Assembly: GCA_963667785.2 (NCBI GenBank)
Contig: CAXXMU010000002.1
Span: 512,001-576,000 of the forward strand
Origin: Alphaproteobacteria bacterium
GTDB taxonomy: Bacteria; Pseudomonadota; Alphaproteobacteria; UBA828
Direction of reading: 5' to 3'
DNA: 64,000 nucleotides
Shown: in pieces, positions 10,269 to 20,402 of the stretch
Layout of the letters: each line of letters begins with the position of its first letter
How positions within the stretch are numbered: position 1 is the first letter of the stretch
The notes under the pieces: generated by a model
Database searches by the model: none
What the model was told of the DNA's origin: nothing
Seen by the model: the letters and a program-made list of their open reading frames with translations, nothing else
Translations under genes and position numbers: made by a program

Positions 10269-12734
10269 GTGACGGGCGAGGGCGCGCGCGGCCTCTCCCG
10301 ACCCGGCGTCTTCATAGCCGTGGCGCTGCTTTCGGCCGGCGTGCTGGGCTACGAGATCCTGCTGGCGCGCCTGCTGGCGATCGTCCACTGGCACCACTTC
10401 GCCTACATGATCATCGCGGTGGCGTTGCTGGGCTTCGGCGCCGCCGGCAGCCTGGTCGCGGTGCTTCAGCAGCCGCTCCTCGACCGTTTCCGATGGAGCT
10501 TCGGCGGCGCGGCGCTCGGCTTCGGCGCCGGCGCGCCGCTCGCCTTCGCGCTGGCGCAGTCGCTCCCCTTCAACGCGCTGGAGATCGCCTGGGACCGGGC
10601 GCAGCCGGGCTGGCTCTTCGCCCTCTATCTGGTGCTCGCGCTGCCGTTCTTCTCGGCGGCGCTGGCGCTGGTGCTCGCCTTCAGGATGCACGCCGCGCGC
10701 GCCGGGGCGCTCTATCGCATGGACCTGGTAGGCGCCGGTCTCGGCGCGCTGGGCATGATCTTCCTGCTCGATGCTCTGGCGTTGGCTGATGCGCTGAGAG
10801 TCGTCGGAGGGCTGGGCGCCGCCTCGGGCGGGATCGTCCTGCTGTCGTCGGGAGGCACCGGCCCGCTCGTGCGCGGGGCCGCGTTGCTGGCGGTGGCCGC
10901 CGGGCTCGCCCTGCCGACGGCGCTTCCCGATCACTGGCTCCGCCCGCAGCCCTCGCCCTACAAGGGATTGAGTCTCGCGCTCACCGCACCCGACGCACGG
11001 ATCGTGGCGGAACGTCACGGCCCCCTCGGCTGGATCGCCGCGGTCGAGAGCCCGCGCGTGCCGTTCCGCCATGCGCCGGGCCTCAGCCTGATGGCTGAGG
11101 CCGGCCCGCCGGCGCAGATCGGCCTCTTCACCGACGGCGGCGCGCCTTCGGCGATTACCCCTGCGGACGGCGACCTCCGCTACCTGGAGGCCGAGACAGC
11201 CGCGCTGCCCTACCATCTGCTCGACCGCGCGCCCCGGGTGCTGGTGCTGGGCGCCGGCGGCGGGGCCGAGGTGCTGCGGGCGCTGCAGCTCGGCGCCCGC
11301 GCGGTCGATGCGGTGGAGCTGAACCCGGACGTGCTCGCCCTGGTGCGCGACGTGCTGGCGGATGGGCCGGGCGCGTCGTGGGAGGGCGGGACGGTCCGCA
11401 CGCACGTGGCGGACGCCCGCAGCTTCGCCGCGCGTTCCTCCGAACAATGGGACCTGATCCAGATCGCGCTGGTCGATTCCTTCAGCGCGGCGGCGGCGGG
11501 CGTTCATGCGCTCGACGAATCGCTGCTCTACACGGTGGAGGCGCTCGGCGTCTTCCTCGACCGCCTCGCGCCGGGCGGCGTGCTCGCCGTCACACGCTGG
11601 CTCAAGCTGCCGCCGCGGGACTCGCTCAAGTTGCTCTGGACCGCGCGGGAAGCGCTGGAGGCGCGGGGCGCGGACGACCCCGCGTCGCGGCTCGCCATGA
11701 TCCGGGGCTGGAAGACCACGACCCTGGTGATCGGCGCGCGGCCCTTCGAGCGGGACGCCATCGCCGGGCTGCGCGCCTTCGCGGCGGCTCAAGGATTCGA
11801 TCTGGTCTGGCATCCGGGCATCGCGGAGGGTGACGCCAACCGCCGCAACCGCCTCGCCGCGCCCGAGTTCCATCGCGGCGCCGCCGCCATCCTCGGCCCC
11901 GACCCGGAAGGCTTCGCTGCGCGCTACAAGTTCGCGCTCCGGCCCGCCACCGACGACCGCCCGTTCTTCTTCCACACCCTCAAGTGGTCGACGCTGCCGG
12001 AGCTGCTGGCGCTGCGGGCGCAGGGCGGCCTGCCGCTGGTGGAGTGGGGCTTCGTCATCCTGGTCGCGACCCTGGTGCAGGGCGCGATCGCAGCGGCGCT
12101 CCTGATCCTGCTGCCGCTGCTGGCCCTGCGTGCGCCGCGCGGGGCGGCCGCAGCCGAATCCGCCCGCTGGCGGGTGGCGATCTTCTTCGCGAGCCTGGGG
12201 CTGGCGTTCCTCTTCGTCGAGATCGCCTTCATGCAGCGTTTCGCGGTGTTTCTCGGGCATCCGCTCTACGCCATCGCGGTGGTGCTCGCCGGGCTTCTGG
12301 TCTTCGCCGGCCTCGGCGCCGGCGCGATCGACCGGCTCGCGCGCCTGGCCGGCGGCAGGCCGCCGATCACGGTCGCCGCCGCCGGGATCGCCCTCGTCGT
12401 CGGCGCCTATCTCGGGCTCCTGCCCTGGGTCTTCGAGGCCGCGCAGGGCTGGCCCGTCGCCGCCCGCATCGCCGTGGCGCTCGCGCTGCTCGGGCCGGTC
12501 GGCTTTCTCCTAGGGATGCCCTTCCCGCTCGGGCTCAGGGCGCTCGGCGCCCGCGCGCCCGCGCTCGTGCCCTGGGCCTGGGGGATCAACGCCTGCGCCT
12601 CGGTGGTGAGCGCCGCGCTCGCCACCTTCATCGCGCTCCATGTCGGCTTCACGCCCGTGCTCGGCTGTGCTTTGGTGCTCTATGCCGTCGCCGCCGCGGT
12701 CCAGCCGAAGGCGGCGGCAGAGGCGCCCCGGTAG
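10269..12734 (+). CDS. polytopic membrane protein with central spermidine-synthase-like SAM-binding domain
   Basis: Hydrophobic N- and C-terminal TM blocks flank VLVLGAGGG...AVELNP...DARSF...LYTVEA...LAPGG and ATDDRPFFF. Confidence 0.8.
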   Translation: MTGEGARGLSRPGVFIAVALLSAGVLGYEILLARLLAIVHWHHFAYMIIAVALLGFGAAGSLVAVLQQPLLDRFRWSFGGAALGFGAGAPLAFALAQSLPFNALEIAWDRAQPGWLFALYLVLALPFFSAALALVLAFRMHAARAGALYRMDLVGAGLGALGMIFLLDALALADALRVVGGLGAASGGIVLLSSGGTGPLVRGAALLAVAAGLALPTALPDHWLRPQPSPYKGLSLALTAPDARIVAERHGPLGWIAAVESPRVPFRHAPGLSLMAEAGPPAQIGLFTDGGAPSAITPADGDLRYLEAETAALPYHLLDRAPRVLVLGAGGGAEVLRALQLGARAVDAVELNPDVLALVRDVLADGPGASWEGGTVRTHVADARSFAARSSEQWDLIQIALVDSFSAAAAGVHALDESLLYTVEALGVFLDRLAPGGVLAVTRWLKLPPRDSLKLLWTAREALEARGADDPASRLAMIRGWKTTTLVIGARPFERDAIAGLRAFAAAQGFDLVWHPGIAEGDANRRNRLAAPEFHRGAAAILGPDPEGFAARYKFALRPATDDRPFFFHTLKWSTLPELLALRAQGGLPLVEWGFVILVATLVQGAIAAALLILLPLLALRAPRGAAAAESARWRVAIFFASLGLAFLFVEIAFMQRFAVFLGHPLYAIAVVLAGLLVFAGLGAGAIDRLARLAGGRPPITVAAAGIALVVGAYLGLLPWVFEAAQGWPVAARIAVALALLGPVGFLLGMPFPLGLRALGARAPALVPWAWGINACASVVSAALATFIALHVGFTPVLGCALVLYAVAAAVQPKAAAEAPR

Positions 12735-12759
12735 CACACGCCCCCTGGAGAGGCCGGCA

Positions 12760-13479
12760 ATGAGATTCCTCGTGCTCCAGCACATCGACATCGAGCATCC
12801 CGGCGTTTTCCGCGACTTCATGCGGGCCGACGGAATCGCCTGGGACGCGGTGGAACTCGACGAGGGCGAGGCGATCCCGCCGCTCGACGGCTACGACGCG
12901 CTCATCTCCATGGGCGGGCCGATGGACGTCTTCGAGGAGGACGCCTACCCCTGGCTCGCCGACGAGAAGGGCGCGATCCGCGAGGCCGTGGCGGAACGGG
13001 ACATGCCCTTCCTCGGGGTCTGCCTCGGGCATCAGCTCCTCGCCGATGCGCTCGGCGGGAGGGTGGAGACCATGGCCGAGCCCGAGGTCGGCGTCATGGA
13101 GGTCTCGCTCACCGAGGAGGGCCGCGCCGATTCCCTGCTCGCCGGCCTCGATTCGCAGGTGACCTGCCTGCAATGGCACGGCTGCGCGGTGACCGCGCTG
13201 CCCGACGGCGCCGTCGGACTCGCCTCCTCGCCGCTCTGCGCCATCCAGGCGTTCAGGGTCGGGCGCCACGCCTACGGGCTGCAGTATCACGTGGAGCTGA
13301 CGCCCACGACGGTCGCCGATTGGGGGGCCGTCCCCGCCTACCAGGAGTCGCTGGAGCGGGCGCTGGGGCCGGACGGTCTGGAACCCTTCGAAGCGGCGGC
13401 GGACCGGCAGATGCCGGCCTTCAACCGCGACGCCCGCATCCTCTACGACAACTTCATCGCGCTGGTGCGGGAGCGCTAA
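12760..13479 (+). CDS. class I glutamine amidotransferase-like protein
   Basis: MGGPMDV, FLGVCLGHQ and GLQYHVE motifs. Confidence 0.9.
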   Translation: MRFLVLQHIDIEHPGVFRDFMRADGIAWDAVELDEGEAIPPLDGYDALISMGGPMDVFEEDAYPWLADEKGAIREAVAERDMPFLGVCLGHQLLADALGGRVETMAEPEVGVMEVSLTEEGRADSLLAGLDSQVTCLQWHGCAVTALPDGAVGLASSPLCAIQAFRVGRHAYGLQYHVELTPTTVADWGAVPAYQESLERALGPDGLEPFEAAADRQMPAFNRDARILYDNFIALVRER

Positions 13480-14591
13480 CCCCGACTTCCCGGCGGCGGC
13501 CAGTCGGGGGCGGGCGGCGTCGCGCCGAGCGGGCCGAGCCAGGTGACGTGGCCCATCTTGCGGCCTGCGCGGGTCTCCGCTTTGCCGTAGAGATGCAGGT
13601 GCGCCGCTGGGTCCGCCGCCAGTGCGGGCCAGAGCTCGACATCGGCGCCGATCAGGTTCTTCATGGCGGCGCTGGCGCGGCGCTCGGTGGAGCCGAGCGG
13701 CAGGCCGCAGACGGCGCGGATGTGCTGCGCGAACTGGCTGGTCTCGCAGCCCTCGATGGTCCAGTGGCCCGAGTTGTGGACGCGGGGAGCGATCTCGTTG
13801 ACCAGCAGCCGGCCGTCGCCGGTGACGAAGAGCTCGACGCAGAGCACGCCCACATGGTCGAGCGCCCGGGCGATGCGCCCGGCGCCCTCCCGCGCCGCCG
13901 CGGCGAGGGCAGAGGCGATGCCCGCCGGCGCCAGGGTCAGGTCGAGGATGCCGTGAACGTGGCGGTTCTCCACCGGATCGAAGGTCGCCGTCGCGCCGTC
14001 GCTCGCACGGGCCACGACCACCGAGACCTCGCGCTCGATCAGCGCGAGGGCTTCGAGGATCGCGGGCCTCCCGCCGAGCCTGCCCCGCCAGGCATCGAGC
14101 AGGTCGTCGCCCGCCGCGAGCACCGTCTGTCCCTTGCCGTCGTAGCCGAGGGTCTGGGTCTTGAGCACGGCCGGCCGGCCGATCCGCGCATCGGCGGCCG
14201 CGGCGCTTCCGGCGTCCTCGACCGCCGCATAGGGCGTCGTCTCCAGCCCGAGAGTGCGGCAAAAGTCCTTCTCCGCGATCCGGTTCTGGGCGACGCGGAG
14301 CGAGCGGGCGCCGGGTCGGACCGGCACCCGGCCCGCCAGCCTCTCCAGCGCCTCGGCCGGCACGTTCTCGAACTCGACGGTGACGACGTCCACTGCCGCG
14401 CCGAAGGCATCGAGCGCCGCGCCGTCGTCGTAGGCCGCCACGGTCTCCGCGGCGGAGACCTGCGCCGCGGGGCCGTCCGGCTCCGGCGAGAAGATGTGGC
14501 AGCGATAGCCGAGTCGGGCGGCGGCGATGGCCAGCATCCGGCCGAGCTGGCCGCCGCCGAGGATGCCGACGGTGGCTCCCGGCGGGATCAC
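13476..14591 (-). CDS. purK: N5-carboxyaminoimidazole ribonucleotide synthase
   Basis: GILGGGQLGRM, EFENVP, GYDGKGQ, NEIAPRVHNSGH and GRKMGH motifs. Confidence 0.96.
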   Translation of the reverse strand: MIPPGATVGILGGGQLGRMLAIAAARLGYRCHIFSPEPDGPAAQVSAAETVAAYDDGAALDAFGAAVDVVTVEFENVPAEALERLAGRVPVRPGARSLRVAQNRIAEKDFCRTLGLETTPYAAVEDAGSAAAADARIGRPAVLKTQTLGYDGKGQTVLAAGDDLLDAWRGRLGGRPAILEALALIEREVSVVVARASDGATATFDPVENRHVHGILDLTLAPAGIASALAAAAREGAGRIARALDHVGVLCVELFVTGDGRLLVNEIAPRVHNSGHWTIEGCETSQFAQHIRAVCGLPLGSTERRASAAMKNLIGADVELWPALAADPAAHLHLYGKAETRAGRKMGHVTWLGPLGATPPAPDWPPPGSRG

Positions 14592-14595
14592 GGGA

Positions 14596-15087
14596 TCACG
14601 ACTCCGGCGTTTCGGCGACCGCGGCGGTCTGCCTGGCCCGCCACTCGTCGAACGCGGCCGCCACGCCCTCGTCGGACAGCGCAACGATCGACGCGGCGAG
14701 CAACGCGGCGTTGATCGCGCCCGCGCGGCCGATGGCGAGCGTGCCCACGGGCACGCCGGCCGGCATCTGAACGATGGAGAGCAGGCTGTCCATGCCTTTC
14801 AGGCTCTTGCTCTCGACCGGCACGCCGAGGACGGGCAGCGGCGTCATCGCTGCGGTCATGCCGGGCAGGTGCGCGGCCCCGCCGGCGCCGGCAATGATGA
14901 CCTTGAGACCCCGGTCGCGGGCCTCCTCGGCGTAGGCGGAGAGCCGCCTGGGCGTGCGGTGGGCGGAGACGATGCGGCTCTCGAAGGGGACGCCGAGCGC
15001 CTCCAGCGTGTCTGCCGCGTGGCGCATGGTCTCCCAGTCGGACTGGCTTCCCATGATGATTCCGACCGCGGCGATGGCCTCGGTCAT
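14596..15087 (-). CDS. purE: N5-CAIR mutase
   Basis: [28 protein letters not shown] and SIVQMP motifs. Confidence 0.97.
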   Translation of the reverse strand: MTEAIAAVGIIMGSQSDWETMRHAADTLEALGVPFESRIVSAHRTPRRLSAYAEEARDRGLKVIIAGAGGAAHLPGMTAAMTPLPVLGVPVESKSLKGMDSLLSIVQMPAGVPVGTLAIGRAGAINAALLAASIVALSDEGVAAAFDEWRARQTAAVAETPES

Positions 15088-15173
15088 GATGCTCCTCCCT
15101 CGCGGGTTACGGCGGCGGGCGCGCTGGGCCATAATACCGTCGCAGAGGGGTTGCGGGCACCGCGCTCGGCGCC

Positions 15174-15202
15174 TTCACACCCCCGGCGGGCCGTGCTATA
15201 GA
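15174..15202 (+). promoter_or_regulatory. putative sigma70 promoter of rpsU
   Basis: TTCACA-17 nt-TATAGA with extended TGn -10, about 50 nt upstream of the start. Confidence 0.55.
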
Positions 15203-15252
15203 GCCGCCCGCCAGCCATTGAAACCCTCAGTCGAGCGAGAGGAAGCAGGAAT

Positions 15253-15456
15253 TTGGTTCATGTAGTCGTCCGCGAGAACAACGTCGATCAGGCGCTGAAG
15301 GCACTCAAGAAGAAAATGCAGCGCGAAGGAATCTTCCGGGAAATGAAGATGCGCCGCCACTACGAAAAGCCGTCGGAGCGGCGGGCGCGGGAGAAGGCCG
15401 AGGCGGTCCGGCGCGCCCGGAAACTCGCCCGCAAGCGCGCCCAGCGCGAGGAATAG
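15253..15456 (+). CDS. rpsU: 30S ribosomal protein S21
   Basis: [29 protein letters not shown]...YEKPSE. TTG start. Confidence 0.97.
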   Translation: MVHVVVRENNVDQALKALKKKMQREGIFREMKMRRHYEKPSERRAREKAEAVRRARKLARKRAQREE

Positions 15457-15457
15457 C

Positions 15458-15474
15458 GCCCGCCACGGGCGGGC
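15458..15474 (+). terminator. small hairpin after rpsU, possible weak terminator
   Basis: GCCCGCC-ACG-GGCGGGC immediately after the stop. No clear U-tract. Confidence 0.35.
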
Positions 15475-15558
15475 TCGCGACTCTCCCGTTTCCCGCCATG
15501 CGTGTCGGCCGAAAACGCGTCGGCACGAACAATCCCTTGTTCCGCTGAAAGTCCCGGG

Positions 15559-16941
15559 TCAGAGAGACTTGACGATCTCCTCGACCATCTTCTTGGCGTC
15601 GCCGAAGAGCATCATCGTGTTGTCCCGGTAGAACACCGGATTGTCGATGCCGGCATAGCCCGGCGCCAGCGAGCGCTTCACGAACAGCACTGTCTTGCAG
15701 AGCTCCACGTCGAGGATCGGCATGCCGGCGATCGGGCTCTGGGGATCGGTCTTCGCCACCGGATTGACCACGTCGTTGGCGCCGATCACGAAGGCGACGT
15801 CGGTGTTGGGCATGTCGCTGTTGATGTCCTCCAGCTCGTAGACCTCGTCGTAGGGAACGTTGGCCTCGGCCAGCAGCACGTTCATGTGGCCCGGCATGCG
15901 GCCGGCCACCGGGTGGATGGCGTAGCGGATCTCGACCCCCTCCTTGTGGAGCAGGTCGGCCATCTCGCGCACGGCGTGCTGGGCTTGGGCCACGGCGAGG
16001 CCGTAGCCCGGCACGATCACCACCGAGCCGGCGTTCCGCATGATGAAGGCGGCGTCGTCGGCGCTGCCCGACTTGTGGGTACGGTCGGCGGCGGTGGCGG
16101 GCCGCGAGGAATCGGTGCCGAAGCCGCCGAGGATCACGCTGATGAAGGAGCGGTTCATCGCGCGGCACATGATGTAGCTCAGGATCGCACCGGCCGAACC
16201 CACCAGCGCGCCGACCACGATGAGCACCGTGTTCTCCAGGGTGAAGCCGATCCCCGCCGCCGCCCAGCCGGAATAGGAGTTCAGCATCGAGATCACCACC
16301 GGCATGTCGGCGCCGCCGATGGGGACGATCAGCAGCACGCCGAAGAGCAGCGCGAGCCCCGTCATGGCCCAGAAGACGCTCTCCTGCTGGTCGATCGAGA
16401 AGACCACCCCGAGCGCGACGATGGCGACGATGAGGGCGAGGTTGAGAAGGTGCTGGCCGCGGAAGACCAGCGGCGCGCCGGTCACCAGCTCCTGCAGCTT
16501 GGCGAAGGCGACGACCGAGCCGGTGAAGGTCAGCGCGCCGATGACCACGCCGAAGCTCATCTCGATCCGGCTCACCAGCCTGATGTCGCCGGGCGTGCCG
16601 ATGTGGAAGGTCTCCGGCGCGTAGAGTGCGGCGCCGGCCACTAGCACCGCGGCGAGCCCCACGAGGCTGTGGAAGGCGGCCACGAGCTGCGGCATCGCGG
16701 TCATGCGGATGCGGAGCGCGATCAGCGTGCCGATCAGCCCGCCGACGACGATGCCGACGCCAATCCACAGGTAGTCCTCGACCCCCGGCTGGCCGAGGGT
16801 CGTGCCGATGGCGATCACCATGCCGGCGATGCCGAACAGGTTGCCGCTGCGCGCCGTCTTCGGCGAGGAGAGGCCCCTGAGGGCCATGATGAAGCAGACG
16901 CCGGCGATGAGGTAGAGAATCGCCGCCAGGTTCGAGGTCAT
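15559..16941 (-). CDS. pntB: NAD(P) transhydrogenase subunit beta
   Basis: MPQLVAAFHSLVG, IGGADMPVVISMLNSYSG and HPVAGRMPGHMNVLLAEA motifs. Confidence 0.97.
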   Translation of the reverse strand: MTSNLAAILYLIAGVCFIMALRGLSSPKTARSGNLFGIAGMVIAIGTTLGQPGVEDYLWIGVGIVVGGLIGTLIALRIRMTAMPQLVAAFHSLVGLAAVLVAGAALYAPETFHIGTPGDIRLVSRIEMSFGVVIGALTFTGSVVAFAKLQELVTGAPLVFRGQHLLNLALIVAIVALGVVFSIDQQESVFWAMTGLALLFGVLLIVPIGGADMPVVISMLNSYSGWAAAGIGFTLENTVLIVVGALVGSAGAILSYIMCRAMNRSFISVILGGFGTDSSRPATAADRTHKSGSADDAAFIMRNAGSVVIVPGYGLAVAQAQHAVREMADLLHKEGVEIRYAIHPVAGRMPGHMNVLLAEANVPYDEVYELEDINSDMPNTDVAFVIGANDVVNPVAKTDPQSPIAGMPILDVELCKTVLFVKRSLAPGYAGIDNPVFYRDNTMMLFGDAKKMVEEIVKSL

Positions 16942-16953
16942 CGGGACTGCCGC

Positions 16954-17256
16954 CTATTTCTTCTTCTTGAACATCGACAGCATGCGCTGCGTAACCGTGA
17001 ATCCTCCGAATATGTTGACCGCCGCAAGGCCGACGGCGACACCGCCGAAAATCTTGGCCACGACGCTGCCCTCGGCCGGCGTCGCCGCCAGCAGGGCGCC
17101 GACGATGATGACGCTCGAGATGGCGTTGGTCACCGACATCAACGGCGTGTGCAGCGCGGGCGTGACGCTCCACACCACGTAGTAGCCGATGAACACCGCC
17201 AGCACGAAGACCGTCACCGCGATGACCAGGGGATGCAGCTCGAGCACGTGCTCCAC
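16954..17256 (-). CDS. pntAB: NAD(P) transhydrogenase subunit alpha part 2
   Basis: [18 protein letters not shown] and [13 protein letters not shown] motifs. Confidence 0.96.
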   Translation of the reverse strand: MEHVLELHPLVIAVTVFVLAVFIGYYVVWSVTPALHTPLMSVTNAISSVIIVGALLAATPAEGSVVAKIFGGVAVGLAAVNIFGGFTVTQRMLSMFKKKK

Positions 17257-17258
17257 GG

Positions 17259-18410
17259 CTACATCTCCCCGCCCTGCAGCGCCAGGTTCACGACCGCGCC
17301 ATCCCTGGTCAGCAGGGCTCCCCGGATCACCTCGTCCTCCCAGTCGATCTCGAGGCCGCGGCTTTCCCGGTCGATCATGGGCTCGATGAAGTTGAAGAGG
17401 TTGCGCGCGTAGAGCGTGCTGGTATCGACCGGAACCCGCGCCGGATAGTTGGCGTGTGCGACGATGGTGACGCCGTGGCGAACGACCACGCGGTCGTGGG
17501 CGCTGAGCGCGCAGTTGCCGCCGCTTTCGATCGCCAGATCGACGATCACCGAGCCGGGCTTCATCTCTCTCACCGTCTCCTCGGTGATCAGCACCGGTGC
17601 CGGCTTGCCCGGAATCTGGGCGGTGGTGATGCAGATGTCCTGCTTCGCCAGGGTCTCGTGGATGAGCGCGGCCTGTCGCGCCTTGTAGGCATCGTCCATC
17701 TCGCGGGCATAGCCGCCTGCGGTCTCGGCATCGCCCGCGTCGGCATCCACGGAGACGAACTTGGCGCCGAGGCTCTCGACCTGCTCCTTGACCGCGGGCC
17801 GCACGTCGAAGGCAGACACCAGCGCACCCAGGCGGCGTGCGGTGGCGATCGCCTGCAGCCCGGCGACGCCCGCGCCCAGCACGACGACCCGCGCCGGGGC
17901 CACGGTGCCGGCGGCGGTCATCATCATGGGCAGGATGCGGCCGAAGTGCTCGGCGGCGTCGATCACCGCCTTGTAGCCGGCGATGTTGCTCTGCGACGAC
18001 AGCGCATCCATCGATTGTGCGCGGCTGATGCGCGGAATCAGCTCCATGGCGAACGAGGTGATGCCGCGCGCCGCGTAGCTCTCCACCTGCTCGCGCTGCT
18101 GCAGCGGCGCGAGCAGCCCCACCAGCACCGCCTCGGGATTGACGAGGGAGAGCTCGTCGGCAGCGTTGCCGTCGCAGAGCGGCGCGCGGACCTTCGCCAC
18201 CAGGTCGGCCTCGCCGTATACCGTCGACGCATCGGGGACGATCCGGGCGCCGGCCTCCGCCAGCACCTCGTCCGACATCTGCGCGCCGACGCCGGCGCCG
18301 CTCTCGACCATCATCTCGACGCCGAGAGTGGTGAACTTCTTAATGGAATCCGGGGACGCGGCGATCCGGGTCTCGCCCGGCACGATCTCCTTCGGAACCC
18401 CGATCCTCAT
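17259..18410 (-). CDS. pntAA: NAD(P) transhydrogenase subunit alpha part 1
   Basis: [30 protein letters not shown] and [10 protein letters not shown] motifs. Confidence 0.96.
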   Translation of the reverse strand: MRIGVPKEIVPGETRIAASPDSIKKFTTLGVEMMVESGAGVGAQMSDEVLAEAGARIVPDASTVYGEADLVAKVRAPLCDGNAADELSLVNPEAVLVGLLAPLQQREQVESYAARGITSFAMELIPRISRAQSMDALSSQSNIAGYKAVIDAAEHFGRILPMMMTAAGTVAPARVVVLGAGVAGLQAIATARRLGALVSAFDVRPAVKEQVESLGAKFVSVDADAGDAETAGGYAREMDDAYKARQAALIHETLAKQDICITTAQIPGKPAPVLITEETVREMKPGSVIVDLAIESGGNCALSAHDRVVVRHGVTIVAHANYPARVPVDTSTLYARNLFNFIEPMIDRESRGLEIDWEDEVIRGALLTRDGAVVNLALQGGEM

Positions 18411-18543
18411 GCCTGCACCGACGACTCCGCCTGCCAGGGAGCGGCAGCACAATGCCCCGCCCGATGCCGTTTGCCAAGGCCCGGTTCGACTGTCTTCACG
18501 GAGGGGCGGGGGGAAGGCGGAAAACCCGCGGCGGCGCTGCGCG

Positions 18544-19890
18544 TCAGGCGGCTTCGGGCACGCCGCAACGCTCCAGCGCTGCGCCCTGACGGCGGGCCAG
18601 TCGGACGGCGTCGAACTCCTCGATCAGCGCCTCGACCAGCCGGTGCCAGTTGAGCTCCGCCTTCAGGTGGAGGAAGACCGAGCCGAGGCCGATCGCCGAG
18701 CGATCCATCAGCACGAACTCGCGCGGCGGGGTGACGCCGCCGAGCCGCCGTATCTCCCGGTGCACCTTGGCGGCGACCGCGCCCCCGAAGCGCCCGCTGC
18801 CCGATTCGTCGATGAGCCGGGTGCGGTCGTCGACCAGGGGCCCGTAGATGTAGTTCGCCCAGATGTTGAGCGCGTCGACCATCTCGTTCGAGAGATCGCT
18901 GAATCCCCAGGTCTCGTAGGCGTGCACCGCGAGCTCGCGATCGTCGTCCCGCACCGCGTGGTAGAGGTCGATCACGCCCTGCACGAAAGGGCCTCCGAAC
19001 ACGCGGATGCAGCCATAGTCGAGGAGGTTGACCGCGCCGTCGGGGCGCACCGTGTAGTTGCCAAGGTGGGGGTCGCCGTGGAGCACGCCGTAGCGGTAAA
19101 ATGGCACGTACCAGGCGTTGAACATGTGCAGCGCGATCGCGTTGCGCCGCTCGGCCGGGGCGTCGGTAAACTCGAGCAGCGGGGCGCCGCCGAGCCAGCT
19201 CATGGTGAGCAGCCGCTTCGTGGAAAGCCCCGGCTCCACCACCGGCACGTGAACGCCGGGCTCGTCCTCCAGCATCGCGCCATAGAGAGCCATGTGGCGG
19301 GCCTCGCGCTCGTAGTCCAGCTCCTCGCGCAGCCGGGCCGCGATTTCGGCGTGAATCTCGGCGGTGTCGATCGCCCGGTCGTAGCGGAAATAGACGGCGA
19401 AGATCAGCTTGAGCTGGCGGATGTCGGCCGCCACCGCCGACGCCATGTCGGGATACTGCAGCTTGCAGGCGAGCGCCGCGCCGTCGTGCCCGGCCGCGCG
19501 GTGTACCTGGCCGAGAGAAGCCGCCGCCGCCGCCTCGGTCTCGAACTCGGCGAAGGCCTGTCGCCAGTCCGGGCCGAGCTCGGCCGCCATGCGCCGCTTG
19601 ACGAAGCCCCAGCCCATCGCCGGCGCCCGCGACTGCAGCGCGCCGAGTGCCTCGGCATACTCGTCCGGAAGGCCGCCGGGAACGGTCGCGAGCAGTTGCG
19701 CGACCTTCATCAGCGGTCCCTTGAGGCCGCCCAGTGCGCGCCGCAGCTCCTCGGCGTTCCGCTCCCGGTCGGCGGGCAGCCCCAGATAGCGCTGGCCCGC
19801 CATACGGGCGGCGATGCCGCCCACCGAGGTGCCGACCCGCGCGTAGCGGCGCACGCGCCCGCTCAGCCTGTCGTCCTCCCGTTCCGGCAT
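18544..19890 (-). CDS. AarF/ABC1/UbiB family atypical kinase
   Basis: LKGPLMKVAQ, AAASLGQVH, KLQYP, EELDY, HGDPHLGN and LLDYG motifs. Confidence 0.92.
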   Translation of the reverse strand: MPEREDDRLSGRVRRYARVGTSVGGIAARMAGQRYLGLPADRERNAEELRRALGGLKGPLMKVAQLLATVPGGLPDEYAEALGALQSRAPAMGWGFVKRRMAAELGPDWRQAFAEFETEAAAAASLGQVHRAAGHDGAALACKLQYPDMASAVAADIRQLKLIFAVYFRYDRAIDTAEIHAEIAARLREELDYEREARHMALYGAMLEDEPGVHVPVVEPGLSTKRLLTMSWLGGAPLLEFTDAPAERRNAIALHMFNAWYVPFYRYGVLHGDPHLGNYTVRPDGAVNLLDYGCIRVFGGPFVQGVIDLYHAVRDDDRELAVHAYETWGFSDLSNEMVDALNIWANYIYGPLVDDRTRLIDESGSGRFGGAVAAKVHREIRRLGGVTPPREFVLMDRSAIGLGSVFLHLKAELNWHRLVEALIEEFDAVRLARRQGAALERCGVPEAA

Positions 19891-20176
19891 GATCGGCGTC
19901 CCGGTGCCTCACCCTTGCGTCCTCGGGCGGCGTCCCGCAACGCCGTCCCGACGCGCGCCATGATAACACGGCGGTAAGGGTCTCTATTCGCGTGGTTTTC
20001 AGTCGTTGCGGCGGCGCAAGTCGGCGGATCAAGAGCGATCACATTCTTGCGATGTCGGTCGTTCGCCCCTTCCCGCCGTTCCATGCATGGCCCATCATTC
20101 CGGCAGGTTGCATGCGAGACGCCTGCACGGGCGGTCGCATGCGGCCGCAAGCAAAACCAACGAGGAGAGGCTACCG

Positions 20177-20380
20177 ATGATCAAAGAGACCGTGATTGCC
20201 GTCAGCGTCGTGACCATGGCGGCGGGCGCCGCGCTTGCACCCTCCGCCGTCTCGGCCGCCGACCAGCCGATTGTCGTCGCATCGTGTAATCCCTGCGATC
20301 CGTGCGGCGCTTGCAATCCCTGCGATCCGTGCGGCGGTTGCAATCCCTGCGACCCCTGCAATCCGTGCGCCAGCGGCTGA
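20177..20380 (+). CDS. small secreted cysteine-rich repeat peptide (67 aa, 10 Cys in CxxC register)
   Basis: GAGGAGAGG RBS, ATG 20177, Sec-like leader ending AVSA. Mature part ...[32 protein letters not shown]. Synonymous variation between repeats. Own terminator. Confidence 0.8.
   Translation: MIKETVIAVSVVTMAAGAALAPSAVSAADQPIVVASCNPCDPCGACNPCDPCGGCNPCDPCNPCASG
20285..20368 (+). repeat. 27-nt tandem repeat (x3 plus partial) encoding CNPCDPCG(A/G)
   Basis: tg(t/c)aatccctgcga(t/c)cc(g/c)tgc units repeated in frame. Confidence 0.9.
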
Positions 20381-20402
20381 GCGGCTGACGCGTTATCTGA
20401 GG

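Noticed and set aside
15559-18410. Split pntA as a frameshift or pseudogene
   Set aside because: The three-gene pntAA-pntAB-pntB layout is the normal Rhodospirillum-type organisation
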